From positions 1 to 55,159 of the forward strand of contig NW_021833739.1 in NCBI RefSeq assembly GCF_006345805.1: 55,159 bases of DNA, read 5' to 3'. The DNA is from Octopus sinensis. Its lineage: Eukaryota. Position 1 is the first letter of the stretch. Every line of letters starts with the position of its first letter. The notes below the pieces were generated by a model. The model saw only the letters and a list, made by a program, of their open reading frames with translations, made no database searches and was not told the DNA's origin. This document shows positions 1 through 15,679 of this stretch, piece after piece. A program made the translations under genes and the position numbers.

Positions 1-608
1 TCGAATTTATCGAATTTTTTTCAGAACTGGGGGTAACCTTTCAAAATTTTCGCTGCGTTAGTTTTGAATTATGACATTGGGCTATTGTGTGTCAAGTTCA
101 TCAGAATCGTTGACAGCCGTGGTCAGGGTCGGGTACAACCTGACAGACACACAGACACACAGACAGACAAACTGCCGTTTATATAGAGAGTGTCAGTTTC
201 ATCAGAATCGGTTGACAGCCGTGTCAGGTCAGGGTACAACCTGACAGACACACAGACACACAGACAGACAAACTGCCGTTTATATAGAGAGTGTCAAGTT
301 TCATCAGAATCGGTTGACAGCCGTGGTCAAGGTCAGGATACAACCTGACAGACACACAGACACACAGACAGAAAAACTGCCGTTTATATAGTGTCAAGTT
401 TCATCATCATCAGAATCGGTTGACAGCCGTGGTCAAGGTCAGGATACAACCTGACAGACACACAGACACACAGACAGACAAACTGCCGTTTATATAGAGA
501 GTGTCAAGTTTCATCAGAATCGGTTGACAGCCGTGGTCAGGGTCAGGGTACAACCTGACAGACACACAGACACACACACAGACAAACTGCCGTTTATATA
601 GAGAGAGA
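1..608 (-). mobile_element. Non-autonomous Helitron-like element, 5' part (runs off window start), with its 5'-terminal ~101 bp in 5 tandem copies
   Basis: Reverse complement of the element at 49651-50010. Units start at ~89, 190, 291, 391 and 501 (gtgtcaagtttcatcagaatcgg...aaactgccgtttatatagaga). Confidence 0.75.
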
Positions 609-909
609 TAATCTTTCTATTTAAATTATTTTTGACAAATAATGAAGTAGACGCTAGTAGATTTCACATTTTTGCCATATCGTGGTAAGCATATCAACTC
701 CTTAAATCACTTATCGAATTTTTTTCCATGTATCTATGCATGCATGTGCTTTTGTCCTTTTCAATAAATTTCATAATATGACAGAAATTTCTGAAAAATT
801 GAGTCAAATGAAAGAAAATAGTTTGTAAAGAAGCATAAAAGGAAGAAAAAATGAAACTTGTGTAGTTTTTCTCTCGTGAAATCGTTTTTCACTATATTTT
901 TTTATAGAC

Positions 910-1226
910 TCCTTCTCTATATATGTGTGTATTAATGAGTGTGTGTATATGTATATATATATGTGTGTGTGTGTACGTGTGTTTGCTTGTGTGTGTGTGA
1001 ATGCGTGTGTGAGTGGGATGTCTGCGTATTATAAACATACATGCAGTGATGTATAGTACGGCAAATAAGTTAAGACAGATGAAGTAAAATCAAGCCACAT
1101 TAAATACACACATACATACATATATACAATATGTATATATATATATATATATATTATATATTATATATTATATAATATATATATATGTATATATATGAAT
1201 ATGTACATATATATAATATATATATA

Positions 1227-1281
<55 letters not shown>

Positions 1282-1527
1282 TAAAACTTACTTGGAGAAA
1301 AGAAAAGAATGAAACGACGCGAGGGCGGGCTCAGTCATACAATAATTTAATAAATAAAATATATATGCATACATACATACATATATGTACTACCTACATC
1401 TACATGTATATATATATATATATATAACGTATACTATATATCTATATATGCATTTGTATATAATTATATATAATATATATATTGTATATATATACACACA
1501 TACATATATATATATGTATGTATGTTG

Positions 1528-1580
<53 letters not shown>

Positions 1581-1902
1581 TTACGTGTGTGTTTACACGT
1601 GTGTATCTATATCAATGTATATTATCTCCGGAGATAGATCATTACGAGTGGGAGAAAGCAAATATCTCAAGCGCCTTTTCATATTAGCACCTTATAAATA
1701 CTAATGTATATATAAGTGTGTGTGTGTGTGTGGTGTGTGTGTGTGTGTGTGTGGTGTGTGTGTGTGTGTGTGTGTGTGAGTATAGATACTTATGCATATA
1801 TATATGTATTATAGCTTTAAATCTGATAGTTTTTTTACATTTGTACAACCATCTCGCTAAGTGTTTTTTCGTGTGGCGAATATTTTTGGCTTTTAATGTA
1901 TG

Positions 1903-1947
<45 letters not shown>

Positions 1948-1954
1948 ATATGTA

Positions 1955-2005
<51 letters not shown>

Positions 2006-2505
2006 GCATTTATGTACTATGCACGTACGTATATATGTATGTATGTATTTATGTACGTATGTATGTATTTATGTACGTATGTACGTATGAATGTATGTAT
2101 GTATGTATGTATGTATGTATTATGTATGTATGTATGTACGTATGTATGTATGTACGTACGTATGTATGTATGTATGTATGTATGCATGTATGTAAGTATG
2201 TATTATGTATGCATGCATGTATGCATGTATGTATGTATGTATATATGTATGTATATATGTATGTATGTACGTATGTACGTATGTAAGTATGTATGTATGT
2301 ATGTATGTATGTATGTATGTATGTATGTACGTATGTATGTATGTAAGTATGTATGTATGTACCTATGTATATATGTATGTATATATGTATGTATGTATGT
2401 ATTTATGTATGTATCTATGCATGTATGTATGTATGTATGTATGTATGTACGTACGTACGTACGTACATACGTATGTATGTATGCATATACACTATTCCAG
2501 TCGTT
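910..2505. repeat. Compound microsatellite: (TG)n, (TA)n and a long (TATG)n tract
   Basis: Visible directly; source of the IYIY/MYVC pseudo-ORFs. Confidence 0.95.
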
Positions 2506-2819
2506 AAAAGCATATAAATAATAATCGTTCAAGACAACGTATCTTATATTCTGGTGTTTATATGTTCTATGGCGCCCATAACAGACTTACCGTTTACTCA
2601 TTATGTTCTTATTCAGAGCAGACGCTTATAAGATCGCATTATAATATATCGTATTATGTTATACAATGTATAATCTTATCTTATTATATTATATTATATT
2701 ATATTATATTATATTATATCATATTATAGTATGTGATTTGATTTTCTTCGACTAGCCTTTTGTCGAAGACGAAGGAAACGCAGTCAAGCATTGTTCTATA
2801 GTATGGCTATATATATATA

Positions 2820-3200
2820 GGAGCACTCCGTCGGTTACGACGATGAGGGTCCCAGCAGATACGATCAACGGAACAGCTTGCTCGTGGAATTAACGTGCAA
2901 GTGGCTGAGCACTCCACAGACACGTGTACCCTTAACGTAGTTCTCAGGGATATTCAGCGTGATACAGAGAGTGACAAGGCTGGCCCTTTGAAATACAGGT
3001 ACAACAGAAACAGGAAGAAAGAGTAAGAGAAAGTTGTGGTGAAAGAGTACAGCAGGGATCGCCACCACCCCCTGCCGGAGCCTCGTGAAGCTTTAGGTGT
3101 TTTCGCTCAATAAACACTCACAATGCCCGGTCTGGGAATCGAAACCGCGATCCTACGACCGCGAGTCCGCTGCCCTAACCACTGGGCCATTGCGCCTCCC
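2820..3200 (-). mobile_element. tRNA-headed SINE (head type D, tail type 1)
   Basis: Minus strand begins ggaggcgcaatggcccagtggttagggcagcgg...ggtttcgattccc (A and B boxes). The first ~190 bp are shared with 32124-32427; the 3' tail differs. Confidence 0.8.
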
Positions 3201-3304
3201 CACTATGCTACAATATGTATGGCGTAAGTTGTGGTTTCCGTATGCAAATCTCGGACGATTTTGTAGAGTGGGATGTGTGAACGGTGTGTTGCGTCAATAG
3301 CTAT

Positions 3305-3665
3305 TTGGACACTTACACACGCACACACCACACACATGCACATAAACGCATACACTTACACACACATACACTCGCACACACCACAAATATACACACACAG
3401 AGACATACACTCGCACACGCACACACAGGCATTCACTCACGCACGCATACACACATACACTCTCATACACATACACTCACACACGAGCGCACGCACACAC
3501 ACACACAAAGACACTCACATGCATACACACACACATACACTCACACACGTGTGCACTCAAATACACACGCACTCACAGACACTCAACACATACGTACACA
3601 CACACCCACCCCCCACACACACACACACACTCAACACATACGTACACACACACACATACTCGTGC
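3305..3665. repeat. Degenerate (CA)n microsatellite
   Basis: Visible directly. Confidence 0.9.
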
Positions 3666-3854
3666 ACGCAAAATGGCTAAAATGTAGGATGGAACTCAAT
3701 GAAAAGGGCTGAGATGAAAATTTTCTCACTAATTTGATAGCTGGCAAATTGCGCTGAGCCTTTAATGGTAAAAATAGCTTAATATCATTTGCGCTTATTT
3801 TATGCTAATCCAATGTGGAGTTACGTAGCCTAGTGGTTAGTGGTATTGCATTTG

Positions 3855-4090
3855 AAAAAGGCGGCGAGCTGGCAGAAACGTTAGCACGCCGGGCGAAATG
3901 CTTAGCGGTATTTCGTCTGCCGTTACGTTCTGAGTTCGAATTCCCCCGAGGTCGACTTTGCCTTTCATCCTTTCGGGGTCGATAAATTAAGTACCAGTTA
4001 CGCACTGGGGTCGATGTAATCGACTTAATACCTATGTCTGTCCTTGTTTGTCCCCTCTATGTTTAGCCCCTTGTGGTTAATAAAGAAATA
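3855..4090 (+). mobile_element. SINE family B, single-unit copy with 13-bp target-site duplication
   Basis: Head ggcggcgagctggcagaaacgttagc with B-box gagttcgaattcc. ggtattgcatttg flanks both sides (3842-3854 and 4091-4103). Inserted into a decayed tRNA-like SINE head. Confidence 0.85.
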
Positions 4091-4155
4091 GGTATTGCAT
4101 TTGTAATCATGGTTTCGATTTCCGGACAGAGTTCTTGGGAAAAAAGAATTAATTT

Positions 4156-4725
4156 TATTGGGTTGTTCGGAAAGTTCGTGCCGATTTTCAAAGGAAAAAA
4201 AAAGGTCAATTAATACTTACCATTACATTTTTAATCAACCAAATATGAACCATTTTGTTGCACAATGCGTCTCCATCTTTCGTTTGCCTTGAAAATACAC
4301 CTTTCCCAGAATTGAAGTGGTTTCATGGCAAAGAGTTCATCAAGATATCTTTTTACGTCATTCAAGGAATTGAAATTTTTACCATTAAGACTATTCTGCA
4401 GAGACCTGAATAAGTGGAAATCTGAAGGAGCAATATCCGGTGAATATGGCAGATGGGGTAACACATCCCAGCCGAGCTGCAGCAATTTTTGTCTGGTTCC
4501 CAAAGCATCAAGTGCCGAAAATGAATTTTCTTACCTTCCATTTTAAAGGGTTACAGAATTAACACAGGTTATAGGAACATAAGTCTTCTTCCATGAAAAG
4601 ATAGCTTAAACAGTGCTCTAAATGGAGGTGTAGTCAAATCCTATTTTACAGACTCAACCATGTTCTAAAATAAGTCGAAAAGTAAGCTACAATAAGTCGG
4701 CACGAATTTTCCAGACAAACCAATA
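4156..4725 (-). mobile_element. Internally deleted mariner element with both TIRs
   Basis: Imperfect ~30-bp TIRs (tattgggttgttcggaaagttcgtgccga / tcggcacgaattttccagacaaaccaata) with TA ends. ORF 4231-4503 has the mariner motif PYSPDIAPSDFHLF. Confidence 0.9.
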
Positions 4726-5325
4726 AGTTGCTCCAGTTTATTCAGATAGTAAATATGTTCCAGCAATAGGGGGTAAGTTGACTCTACGACGGAATGACCT
4801 CCGATTCAAGCGGAAAGAGGTGATTAAAATCTCGATCATTTATAATCCATAAAAAGCAATGCTAAGTCCGGCCCTTATGAGTCCTGTGTCTCATTACAGT
4901 AAGTATTCTGATCCAAACATTTCAAAATTAACGTTTCATTTTATTTTCCTCTCCCTCTGCAATTCAAACTACACAACATTAATGCAACGTTGTCGTCCTT
5001 CTTCTTTTACTTATGCTACTTCTTTCACTTTTACTACTCCTACTACGCCTTTTTCATTTTCTTGTACATTCACTAGTTCTTCTTTGCTCGAACAATACAA
5101 ATATGATGCAATGTAATCCTCTAACGTCTTCATTGAAATTTCACTGAAGAAGCAAATAATACTTAAACAGCCGTTTACAGTTATAGAGACAATGAAATAT
5201 GAAGCAAAATACAAATGTTGCATTAAATTACTATTTATTTAAACGATTTAAAATAATATTTATTCTTCGCTTACTTGTCTCTTCAGCATAAGATTAATGA
5301 ACTTGTGTCGTGATGAACACAGGGA

Positions 5326-5377
5326 TTTTAGCCAAACAACCAATCAGCATATATCCTGATTGGTTGTTTGGCTAAAA
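5326..5377. other. Perfect 22-bp inverted repeat with 8-nt loop
   Basis: ttttagccaaacaaccaatcag-catatatc-ctgattggttgtttggctaaaa. Confidence 0.9.
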
Positions 5378-6094
5378 ATATATAACTATTTGTTATATAC
5401 TAATCTTCTTGCTGAAATGTGTCTATGAATTTACGTGTATATATTTTGTTCATCTGGAGCATTTCATTGTCAGGTCAGAGATCTCATCACAAGTTGATAA
5501 GGCCTGCTATTTGTATCATGTAAACAAATACTATTCCGTAGTCGGGTGGTCGGCAAATAAAAAGGTCTCCTACTTGAGTAACTTACTACTCTAGTAATGA
5601 GGGTGCCTGGACTTTCAGCAAGATTAAAAACAAGACCTGTCGTAGTATGAGTGAGCTCCTTGTAGGCCAAAGCAATGGCAAACCACTCTAATATCTCGGC
5701 CAAGAAAACGCGATGAGAAAGTCAGAACGAGGTAACGCTATGGTTTCATCCGATGGCAGAAATCGCATTTCATCGGTAACACTTTTTACAAATTGTGTCG
5801 TCAACGCGCAGACAGAAACGTATGGTCCATGATGGTGATGACGGCTAGAGTATTTTGTTCAATCCTTCTGACGCTAGCTTAGCTCACCACAGCAGTGATT
5901 CCCGCAAGCACAAAATATTCCTCGAATGAAATTTCAAACGATAATGAATTCCATTTAAATGAATTCCATTTAGCTAATAAATTTTGCTTTGGCTTAATCT
6001 ATTCGCCGCAATCTCTCCTATGACAAGTCATTTTCTTTTCTTTTTCTACATTAAACTTTGTTTTTCCGCCCACAATAACAGTGTAGTTCCAACA

Positions 6095-6100
6095 TATATG

Positions 6101-6162
<62 letters not shown>

Positions 6163-6354
6163 TATTATGTATGCATGTATGTATATATTATATATATATA
6201 TATGCATATATATGCATATATATATATGTATGCATGTATGTATGTATATATATATATGTATATATATATATGTATATATATGTATGTATGTATATGTATA
6301 TATATATACACATATATAGATATAGATATATATATATATATATATAATATATAT

Positions 6355-6419
<65 letters not shown>

Positions 6420-6422
6420 TAT
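6095..6422. repeat. (TA)n/(TATG)n microsatellite
   Basis: Visible directly. Confidence 0.95.
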
Positions 6423-6452
6423 ACGTTAGGACTGACAGTATATATATATATA

Positions 6453-9400
6453 ATACGTTAGGACTGACAGTTTTAAATGATCTCATCGCTAACAACCTAT
6501 TAGAATTTCGTTAATTCTCCCTAAATTCCGGCTGACCTGTTCGCTGGCCATTTTTTATTTTCATTCTGCCACACGATGACGATACGCAAAGCTAAGAATA
6601 TTTTTGCTCCTTTTTCTTTTTTCTCCCTCTCTACTACGTTAGGACTGACAGTTTTAAATGATCTCATCGCTAACAACCTATTAGAATTTCGTTAATTCTC
6701 CCTAAATTCCGGCTGACCTGTTCGCTGGCCATTTTTTAATTTTCATTCTGCCACACGATGACGATACGCAAAGCTAAGAATATTTGTGCTCCTTTTTTCT
6801 TTTTTCTCCCTCTCTACTACGTTAGGACTGACAGTTTTAAATGATCTCATCGCTAACAACCTATTAGAATTTCGTTATTCTCCCTAAATTCCTGTGACCT
6901 GTTCGCTGGCCATTTTTTTATTTTCATTCTGCCACACGATGACGATACACAAAGCTAAGAATATTTTTGCTCCTTTTTTCTTTTTTCTCCCTCTCTACTA
7001 CGTTAGGACTGACAGTTTTAAATGATCTCATCGCTAACAACCTATTAGAATTTCGTTAATTCTCCCTAAATTCCGGCTGACCTGTTCGCTGGCCATCTTT
7101 TTATTTTCATTCTGCCACACGATGACGATACGCAAAGCTAAGAATATTTTTGCTCCTTTTTTCTTTTTTCTCCCTCTCTACTACGTTAGGACTGACAGTT
7201 TTAAATGATCTCATCGCTAACAACATAGAATTTCGTTAATTCTCCCTAAATTCCAGCTGACCTGTTCGCTGGCCATTTTTTTTTCATTCTGCCACACGAT
7301 GACGATACGCAAAGCTAAGAATATTTTTGCTCCTTTTCTTTTTTCTTTTTTCTCCCTCTCTACTACGTTAGGACTGACAGTTTTAAATGATCTCATCGCT
7401 AACAACCTATTAGAATTTCGTTAATTCTCCCTAAATTCCGGCTGACCTGTTCGCTGGCCATTTTTTATTTTCATTCTGCCACACGATGACGATACGCAAA
7501 GCTAAGATATTTTTGCTCCTTTTTTCTTTTTTCTCCCTCTCTACTACGTTAGGACTGACAGTTTTAAATGATCTCATCGCTAACAACCTATTAGAATTCT
7601 TTAATTCTCCCTAAATTCCGGCTGACCTGTTCGCTGGCATTTTTATTTTCATTCTGCCACACGATGACGATACGCAAAGCTAAGAATATTTTTGCTCATT
7701 TTTTCTTTTTTCTCCCTCTCTACTACGTTAGGACTGACAGTTTTAAATGATCTCATCGCTAACAACCTATTAGAATTTCGTTAATTCTCCCTAAATTCCG
7801 GCTGACCTGTTCGCTGGCCATTTTTTTTTCATTCTGCCACACGATGACGATACGCAAAGCTAAGAATATTTTTGCTCCTTTTTTCTTTTTTCTCCCTCTC
7901 GACTACGTTAGGACTGACAGTTTTAAATGATCTCATCGCTAACAACCTATTAGAATTTCGTTAATTCTCCCTAAATTCCTTCTGACCTGTTCGCTGGCCA
8001 TTTTTTTATTTTCATTCTGCCACACATGACGATACGCAAGCGAAGAATATTTTTGCTCCTTTTCTTTTTTCTCCTCTCTACTACGTTAGGACTGACATTT
8101 TAAATGATCTCATCGCTAACAACCTATTAGAATTTCGTTAATTCTCCCTAAATTCCGGCTGACCTGTTCGCTGGCCATTTTTTATTTTCATTCTGCCACA
8201 TCGATACGATACGCAAAGCTAAGAATATTTTTGCTCTTTTTTCTTTTTTCTCCTCTCTACTACGTTAGGACTGACAGTTTTAAATGATCTCATCGCTAAC
8301 AACTTATTAGAATTTCGTTAATTCTCCCTAAATTCCGGCTGACCTGTTCGCTGGCCATTTTTTATTTTCATTCTGCCACACATGACGATACGCAAAGCTA
8401 AGAATATTTTTGGCTCCTTTTTTCTTTTTTCTCCCTCTACTACGTTAGGACTGACAGTTTTAAATGATCTCATCGCTAACAACCTATAGAATTTCGTTAA
8501 TTCTCCCTAAATTCCTGCTGACCTGTTCGCTGGCCATTTTTTATTTTCATTCTGCCACACGATGACGATACGCAAAGCTAAGAATATTTTTGCTCCTTTT
8601 TTCTTTTTCTCCTCTCTACACGTTAGGAGGACTGTACAGTTTTAAATGATCTCATCGCTAACAACCTATTAGAATTTCGTTAATTCTCCCTAAATTCCGG
8701 CTGACCTGTCGCTGGCCATTTTTTATTTTCATCTCTCCACACGATGACGATACGCAAAGCTAAGAATATTTTTGGCTCCTTTTTTCTTTTTTCTCCCTCT
8801 CTACTACGTTAGGACTGACAGTTTTAACTGATCTCATCGCTAACACCTATTAGAATTTCGTTAATTCTCCCTAAATTCCGGCTGACCTGTTCGCTGGCCA
8901 TTTTTTATTTTCATTCTGCCACACGATGACGATACGCAAAGCTAAGAAAATATTTTTGCTCCTTTTTTCTTTTTCTCTCCCTCTCTACTACGTTAGGACT
9001 GACAGTTTTAAATGATCTCATCGCTACAAACCTATTAGAATTTCGTTAATTCTCCCTAATTCCAGCTGACCTGTTGCTGGCCATTTTTTATTTTCATTCT
9101 GCCACACGATGACGATACGCAAAGCTAAGAATATTTTTGCTCCTTTTTTCTTTTTTCTCCCTCTCTACTACGTTAGGACTGACCGTTTTAAATGATCTCA
9201 TCGCTAACAACCTATTAGAATTTCGTTAATTCTCCCTAATTCCTGCTGACCTGTTCGCTGGCCATTTTTTATTTTCATTCTGCCACACGATGACGATACG
9301 CAAAGCTAAGAATATTTTTGCTCCTTTTTTCTTTTTTCTCCCTCTCTACTACGTTAGGACTGACAGTTTTAAATGATCTCATCGCTAACAACCTATTAGA

Positions 9401-10167
9401 ATTTCGTTAATTCTCCCTAAATTCCGGCTGACCTGTTCGCTGGCCATTTTTTATTTTCATTCTGCCACACGATGACGATACGCAAAGCTAAGAATATTTT
9501 TGCTCCTTTTTTCTTTTTTCTCCCTCTACTACGTTAGGACTGACAGTTTTAAATGATCTCATCGCTAACAACCTATTAGAATTTCGTTAATTCTCCCTAA
9601 ATTCCGGCTGACCTGTTCGCTGGCCATTTTTTATTTTCATTCTGCCACACGATGACGATACGCAAAGCTAAGAATATTTTTGCTCCTTTTTTCTTTTTTC
9701 TCCCTCTCTACTACGTTAGGACTGACAGTTTTAAATGATCTCATCGCTAACAACCTATTAGAATTTCGTTAATTCTCCCTAAATTCCTGCTGACCTGTTC
9801 GCTGGCCATTTTTTATTTTCATTCTGCCACACGATGACGATACGCAAAGCTAAGAATATTTTTGCTCCTTTTTTCTTTTTTCTCCCTCTCTACTACGTTA
9901 GGACTGACAGTTTTAAATGATCTCATCGCTAACAACCTATTAGAATTTCGTTAATTCTCCCTAATTCCGGCTGACCTGTTCGCTGGCCATTTTTTATTTT
10001 CATTCTGCCACACGATGACGATACGCAAAGCTAAGAATATTTTTGCTCCTTTTTTCTTTTTTCTCCCTCTCTACTACGTTAGGACTGACAGTTTTAAATG
10101 ATCTCATCGCTAACAACCTATTAGAATTTCGTTAATTCTCCCTAAATTCCGGCTGACCTGTTCGCTG
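6453..10167. repeat. ~180-bp tandem satellite, about 20.5 copies
   Basis: 21 unit starts (tacgttaggactgacagttttaaatgatctcatcgc...); the last unit is truncated at ctgttcgctg; no spacers. Confidence 0.95.
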
Positions 10168-10364
10168 TGCGCCCGCCCAAACCCCCCCCACCACCAATAC
10201 CGGATATCTCTCTATCTCTCCCTTCCCACTTCCCTCGTAGTGATATTGCTGCTTCTACTACAACTGCTGCTGCTGATGATGATGGTGAATATTAGTGGTT
10301 GAAATTTAACATAGGCAAAAAAAAAACCGTAATAATAATTTAACATTACTTGAAAAGGTAGTGG

Positions 10365-12875
<2,511 letters not shown>

Positions 12876-12915
12876 TATATATATATATTAAATATATATA
12901 TACATATATATATGT

Positions 12916-13277
12916 GTGTGTGGTAAATAGCTTGCTTACCAACCACATGGTCCCGGGTTCAATCCCTCTGCGTGGCACCTTGGCCAAGTGTCTTCAACTA
13001 TAGCCTCGGGCCGACCATAGCCTTGTGAGTGGATTTGCTAGGCGGAAACTGAAAGAAGCCCGTCGTATGTGTCTGTGTGTGTGTGTGCGTATCTGTTTGT
13101 TCCCACTATCGCTTGACAACTGATGTTGGTGTGTTCACGTCCCCGTAACTTAGCAGTTCAGCAAAAGAGACCGATAGAATAAGTACTAGACTTACAAAGA
13201 ATAAGTACTGGGTTCGACTAAAGGCGGTGCTGCAGCATGGCCGCAGTCAAATGACTGAAGCAAATAAAAGAATAAAA

Positions 13278-13280
<3 letters not shown>
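12916..13280 (+). mobile_element. SINE family A (tRNA-like head, CORE-like centre, internal TA/TG tract)
   Basis: tgtggtaaatagcttgcttaccaaccacatggtcccgggttcaatcc...gcagtcaaatgactgaagcaaataaaag; many copies in the window. Confidence 0.85.
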
Positions 13281-13318
<38 letters not shown>

Positions 13319-13322
<4 letters not shown>

Positions 13323-13470
13323 GTTAGGAAGGGCATCCAGCCGTAGAAACATTGCCAGATCAAACTGGGCCTGGTGCAGCCTTCTGGCTTCCCAGACCCC
13401 AGTTGAACCGTCCAACCCATGCTAGCATGGAAAGCGGACGCTAAACGGTGATGATGATGATGATGATGAT
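13319..13470 (+). mobile_element. 3' fragment of a SINE/LINE ending in (GAT)n
   Basis: ggcgttaggaagggcatccagccg...cccatgctagcatggaaagcggacgctaaacgg(tga)n. Such trinucleotide tails are typical of RTE-mobilised elements. Confidence 0.55.
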
Positions 13471-13599
13471 ATGGTGCAATGAGTAAATTGTTGCCATTTT
13501 ATTTTTTATTTTGTGCATGCGCATTGTTTGCTTTTGTTTTTGTCGACTACACAGTATAGTAGGGTCAGTTGGATACCGTCTGTGAGGAAAACATCACCA

Positions 13600-14650
13600 T
13601 GATGCAATTCACTTTTCCATAAATTTGAAAACAACTTACTGTGCTGCCTGGCATTCGCGCCGGAAGCTCCAATACGAACATTTCAGAGAGTTTGGGTGTC
13701 AACCTAAGGACAATGCAGAGGATTCGGAAAGAGTTGGATGAGTCTAATGGGGATTACAAAGGTACGGCAGCTCGGAAAACTTACTCTGATCGTTCTGACA
13801 AGAAAAAATCTACTCCTGAATTTGTTGGTGAGATCCAGGCCATGGTTGACAACGATCCCTCCAAGTCAATCGGGTCCATCGCCAGGGACATGAGAGTATC
13901 TGAGTTTCTGATCAGGCAGGTAATGCATGAAGACATTCGGTATTCCTCATACAAGATGAGAAAGGGCCAATTATTATCCCAAACCATTAAGGACAAGGGG
14001 AAAGACCGTGCTACAAAGCTTTTGAACTAATTCAAACATCTCCTCCAACCGAACATGCTTCGGTTTTTCTCAGACGAGAAAAATTTCTGCCAGGATTAGA
14101 TGGTAAAAACACAGAAAAACCGTTGGCCTGTCATGTCCTCAAAACATGTACCGGGAATGATAAAAATCAAACATCCAGTCAACATCATGGTGTTTGGAGT
14201 GATCACTAGTGATGGCGACGTTATGTCTCCATTCATCTTCCCACACGGCCTCAGACTCAACACGGAGGCCTATATCAAGTACCTGGAGGTGGTTGTGCTA
14301 CCCTGGCTCAAGAGGGTGGCTGCTGGATGACCCTGTATCTAGCAACAGGACTCTGCACCATTCCACACAAGCAGGAGAACACAGTCATGTCTGTCAGACA
14401 ATTTCTGTGACCACATCACCCCTAACATCTGGCCACCTAACTCCCCAGACTGCAACACCCTTGATTATTATGTGTGGAGTGTAGTTGAGCGAGAAACCAA
14501 CAAAACTCCTTGTAACACCAAAGATGAACTGAAGGCAAGGATTAGAGCAGTGTTCACCAACTTAAAGAAGCAGACCGTCTTGAAGAGTTGCAGAAGATTC
14601 CGAAGTCGTCTAGAGGTCGTGGTTGAAGCGAATAGCGATTTTATTGAATA
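13600..14650 (+). pseudogene. Tc1/mariner superfamily transposase, maT (DD37D) family, inactivated by nonsense codons
   Basis: One frame throughout: HTH region (13641-14030), FSDEKNF, QQDSAPFH, then exactly 37 residues to the D of SPDCNTLDYYVW. Stops end at 14030, 14099, 14330 and 14342; the natural stop is at 14650. Confidence 0.9.
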
Positions 14651-15614
14651 AATTTACTCTTTAGTATTTCAAAATATTTTTATGAAACATTGGTAAACAC
14701 GTCTGTTAAAATAAGATGTCAGTGTTATTTTCAATTTTGCATAATTTCGACGACGTTGAACTTTACATTCTTATAAATTCTGCTGCTTCTCAGTTTTAAT
14801 AATCTGCCTAGACAAACTCATTTACTCCACCCACGATATGAAATTAGGTATATAACTTCGTGTCTACAGCTAAAGTATTCGCAGTCTGACATCGCTGAAA
14901 CTTTAAAGTCATTATTTACCACATTTTGTTATATATATATTAATAGCAAGAATAACGTAAACATGAACAACAACAACGACGGTCAGAAGAATGCTAACAT
15001 TTCTGCCAGTTACAAGGAACCATCAGTGCTTCTGACAGAGCTATCACCTCAATTACAATTCACCAAACATTCCATTACAGCCACCAGCACCACCGCCATA
15101 ACCACCACTATCCTCGCAATCACATGTACGCTTATATATATAAGCATACATGTGAAAGAAAAGTCTATCTAGATATATATTCGAGATATATTGGTTTCTC
15201 ATCAGAAGTGACATCATCAATTTGACCAGTCCCAGAGACATAAGCGGCCAGTTTGTATATATACTCAATAAATCCAGTAGCTACAGGAAACTGGAGTTCT
15301 TAATTTGCATACCGTAATTGTTTAACATTAATATTTAATATCAGGGGCCGGTCAAAGGGGATTTCAGTCTACACAGTATCAGAGTATGATATAATATATG
15401 TAACTTATATACCTATGCATGTAGTATGCATGTATATAAACTGATTTAATATTAGATAAGTACTTCCATTAGCATAGAGGTGTTTCTGCTATAGGTAAAC
15501 GTGCGCGCAGAGCTGAGTGGTCGTGCGACATTTTATAGCTTCCTCGGAGCCATTTAAATTAACATTACTCGTGTACGTATGTAAGTACATGTGTGTGTGT
15601 GTGTGCGTGTGTGT

Positions 15615-15679
<65 letters not shown>

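Noticed and set aside
1185-2532. Long ORFs rich in IY, MYVC or HT (also at 3273-3712, 5984-6366, 24664-25851, 36437-36681, 48301-48876)
   Set aside because: They are translations of (TA)n, (TATG)n, (CA)n and (AGAT)n microsatellites, which lack stops in some frames.
3181-3200. tRNA genes at the A/B-box-containing heads (here and at 19636, 26490, 32124, 33938)
   Set aside because: Each runs into a SINE body with no acceptor-stem 3' half or T-run terminator; they are SINE heads.
5409-5960. Possible host exon(s) in higher-complexity sequence (also 23260-23625, 39172-39589, 52930-53452)
   Set aside because: There is no recognisable domain or convincing splice-bounded frame. It would need RNA-seq or a homology search.
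6453-10167. Possible CRISPR array or ribozyme-containing satellite
   Set aside because: There are no unique spacers, the context is eukaryotic, and no CUGANGA...GAAA core appears on either strand of the monomer.
13470-14845. TIRs for the maT element (atggtgcaatgagtaaatt / atttactccacccacgata)
   Set aside because: The match is only about 8 bp (gagtaaat), too weak to set boundaries.
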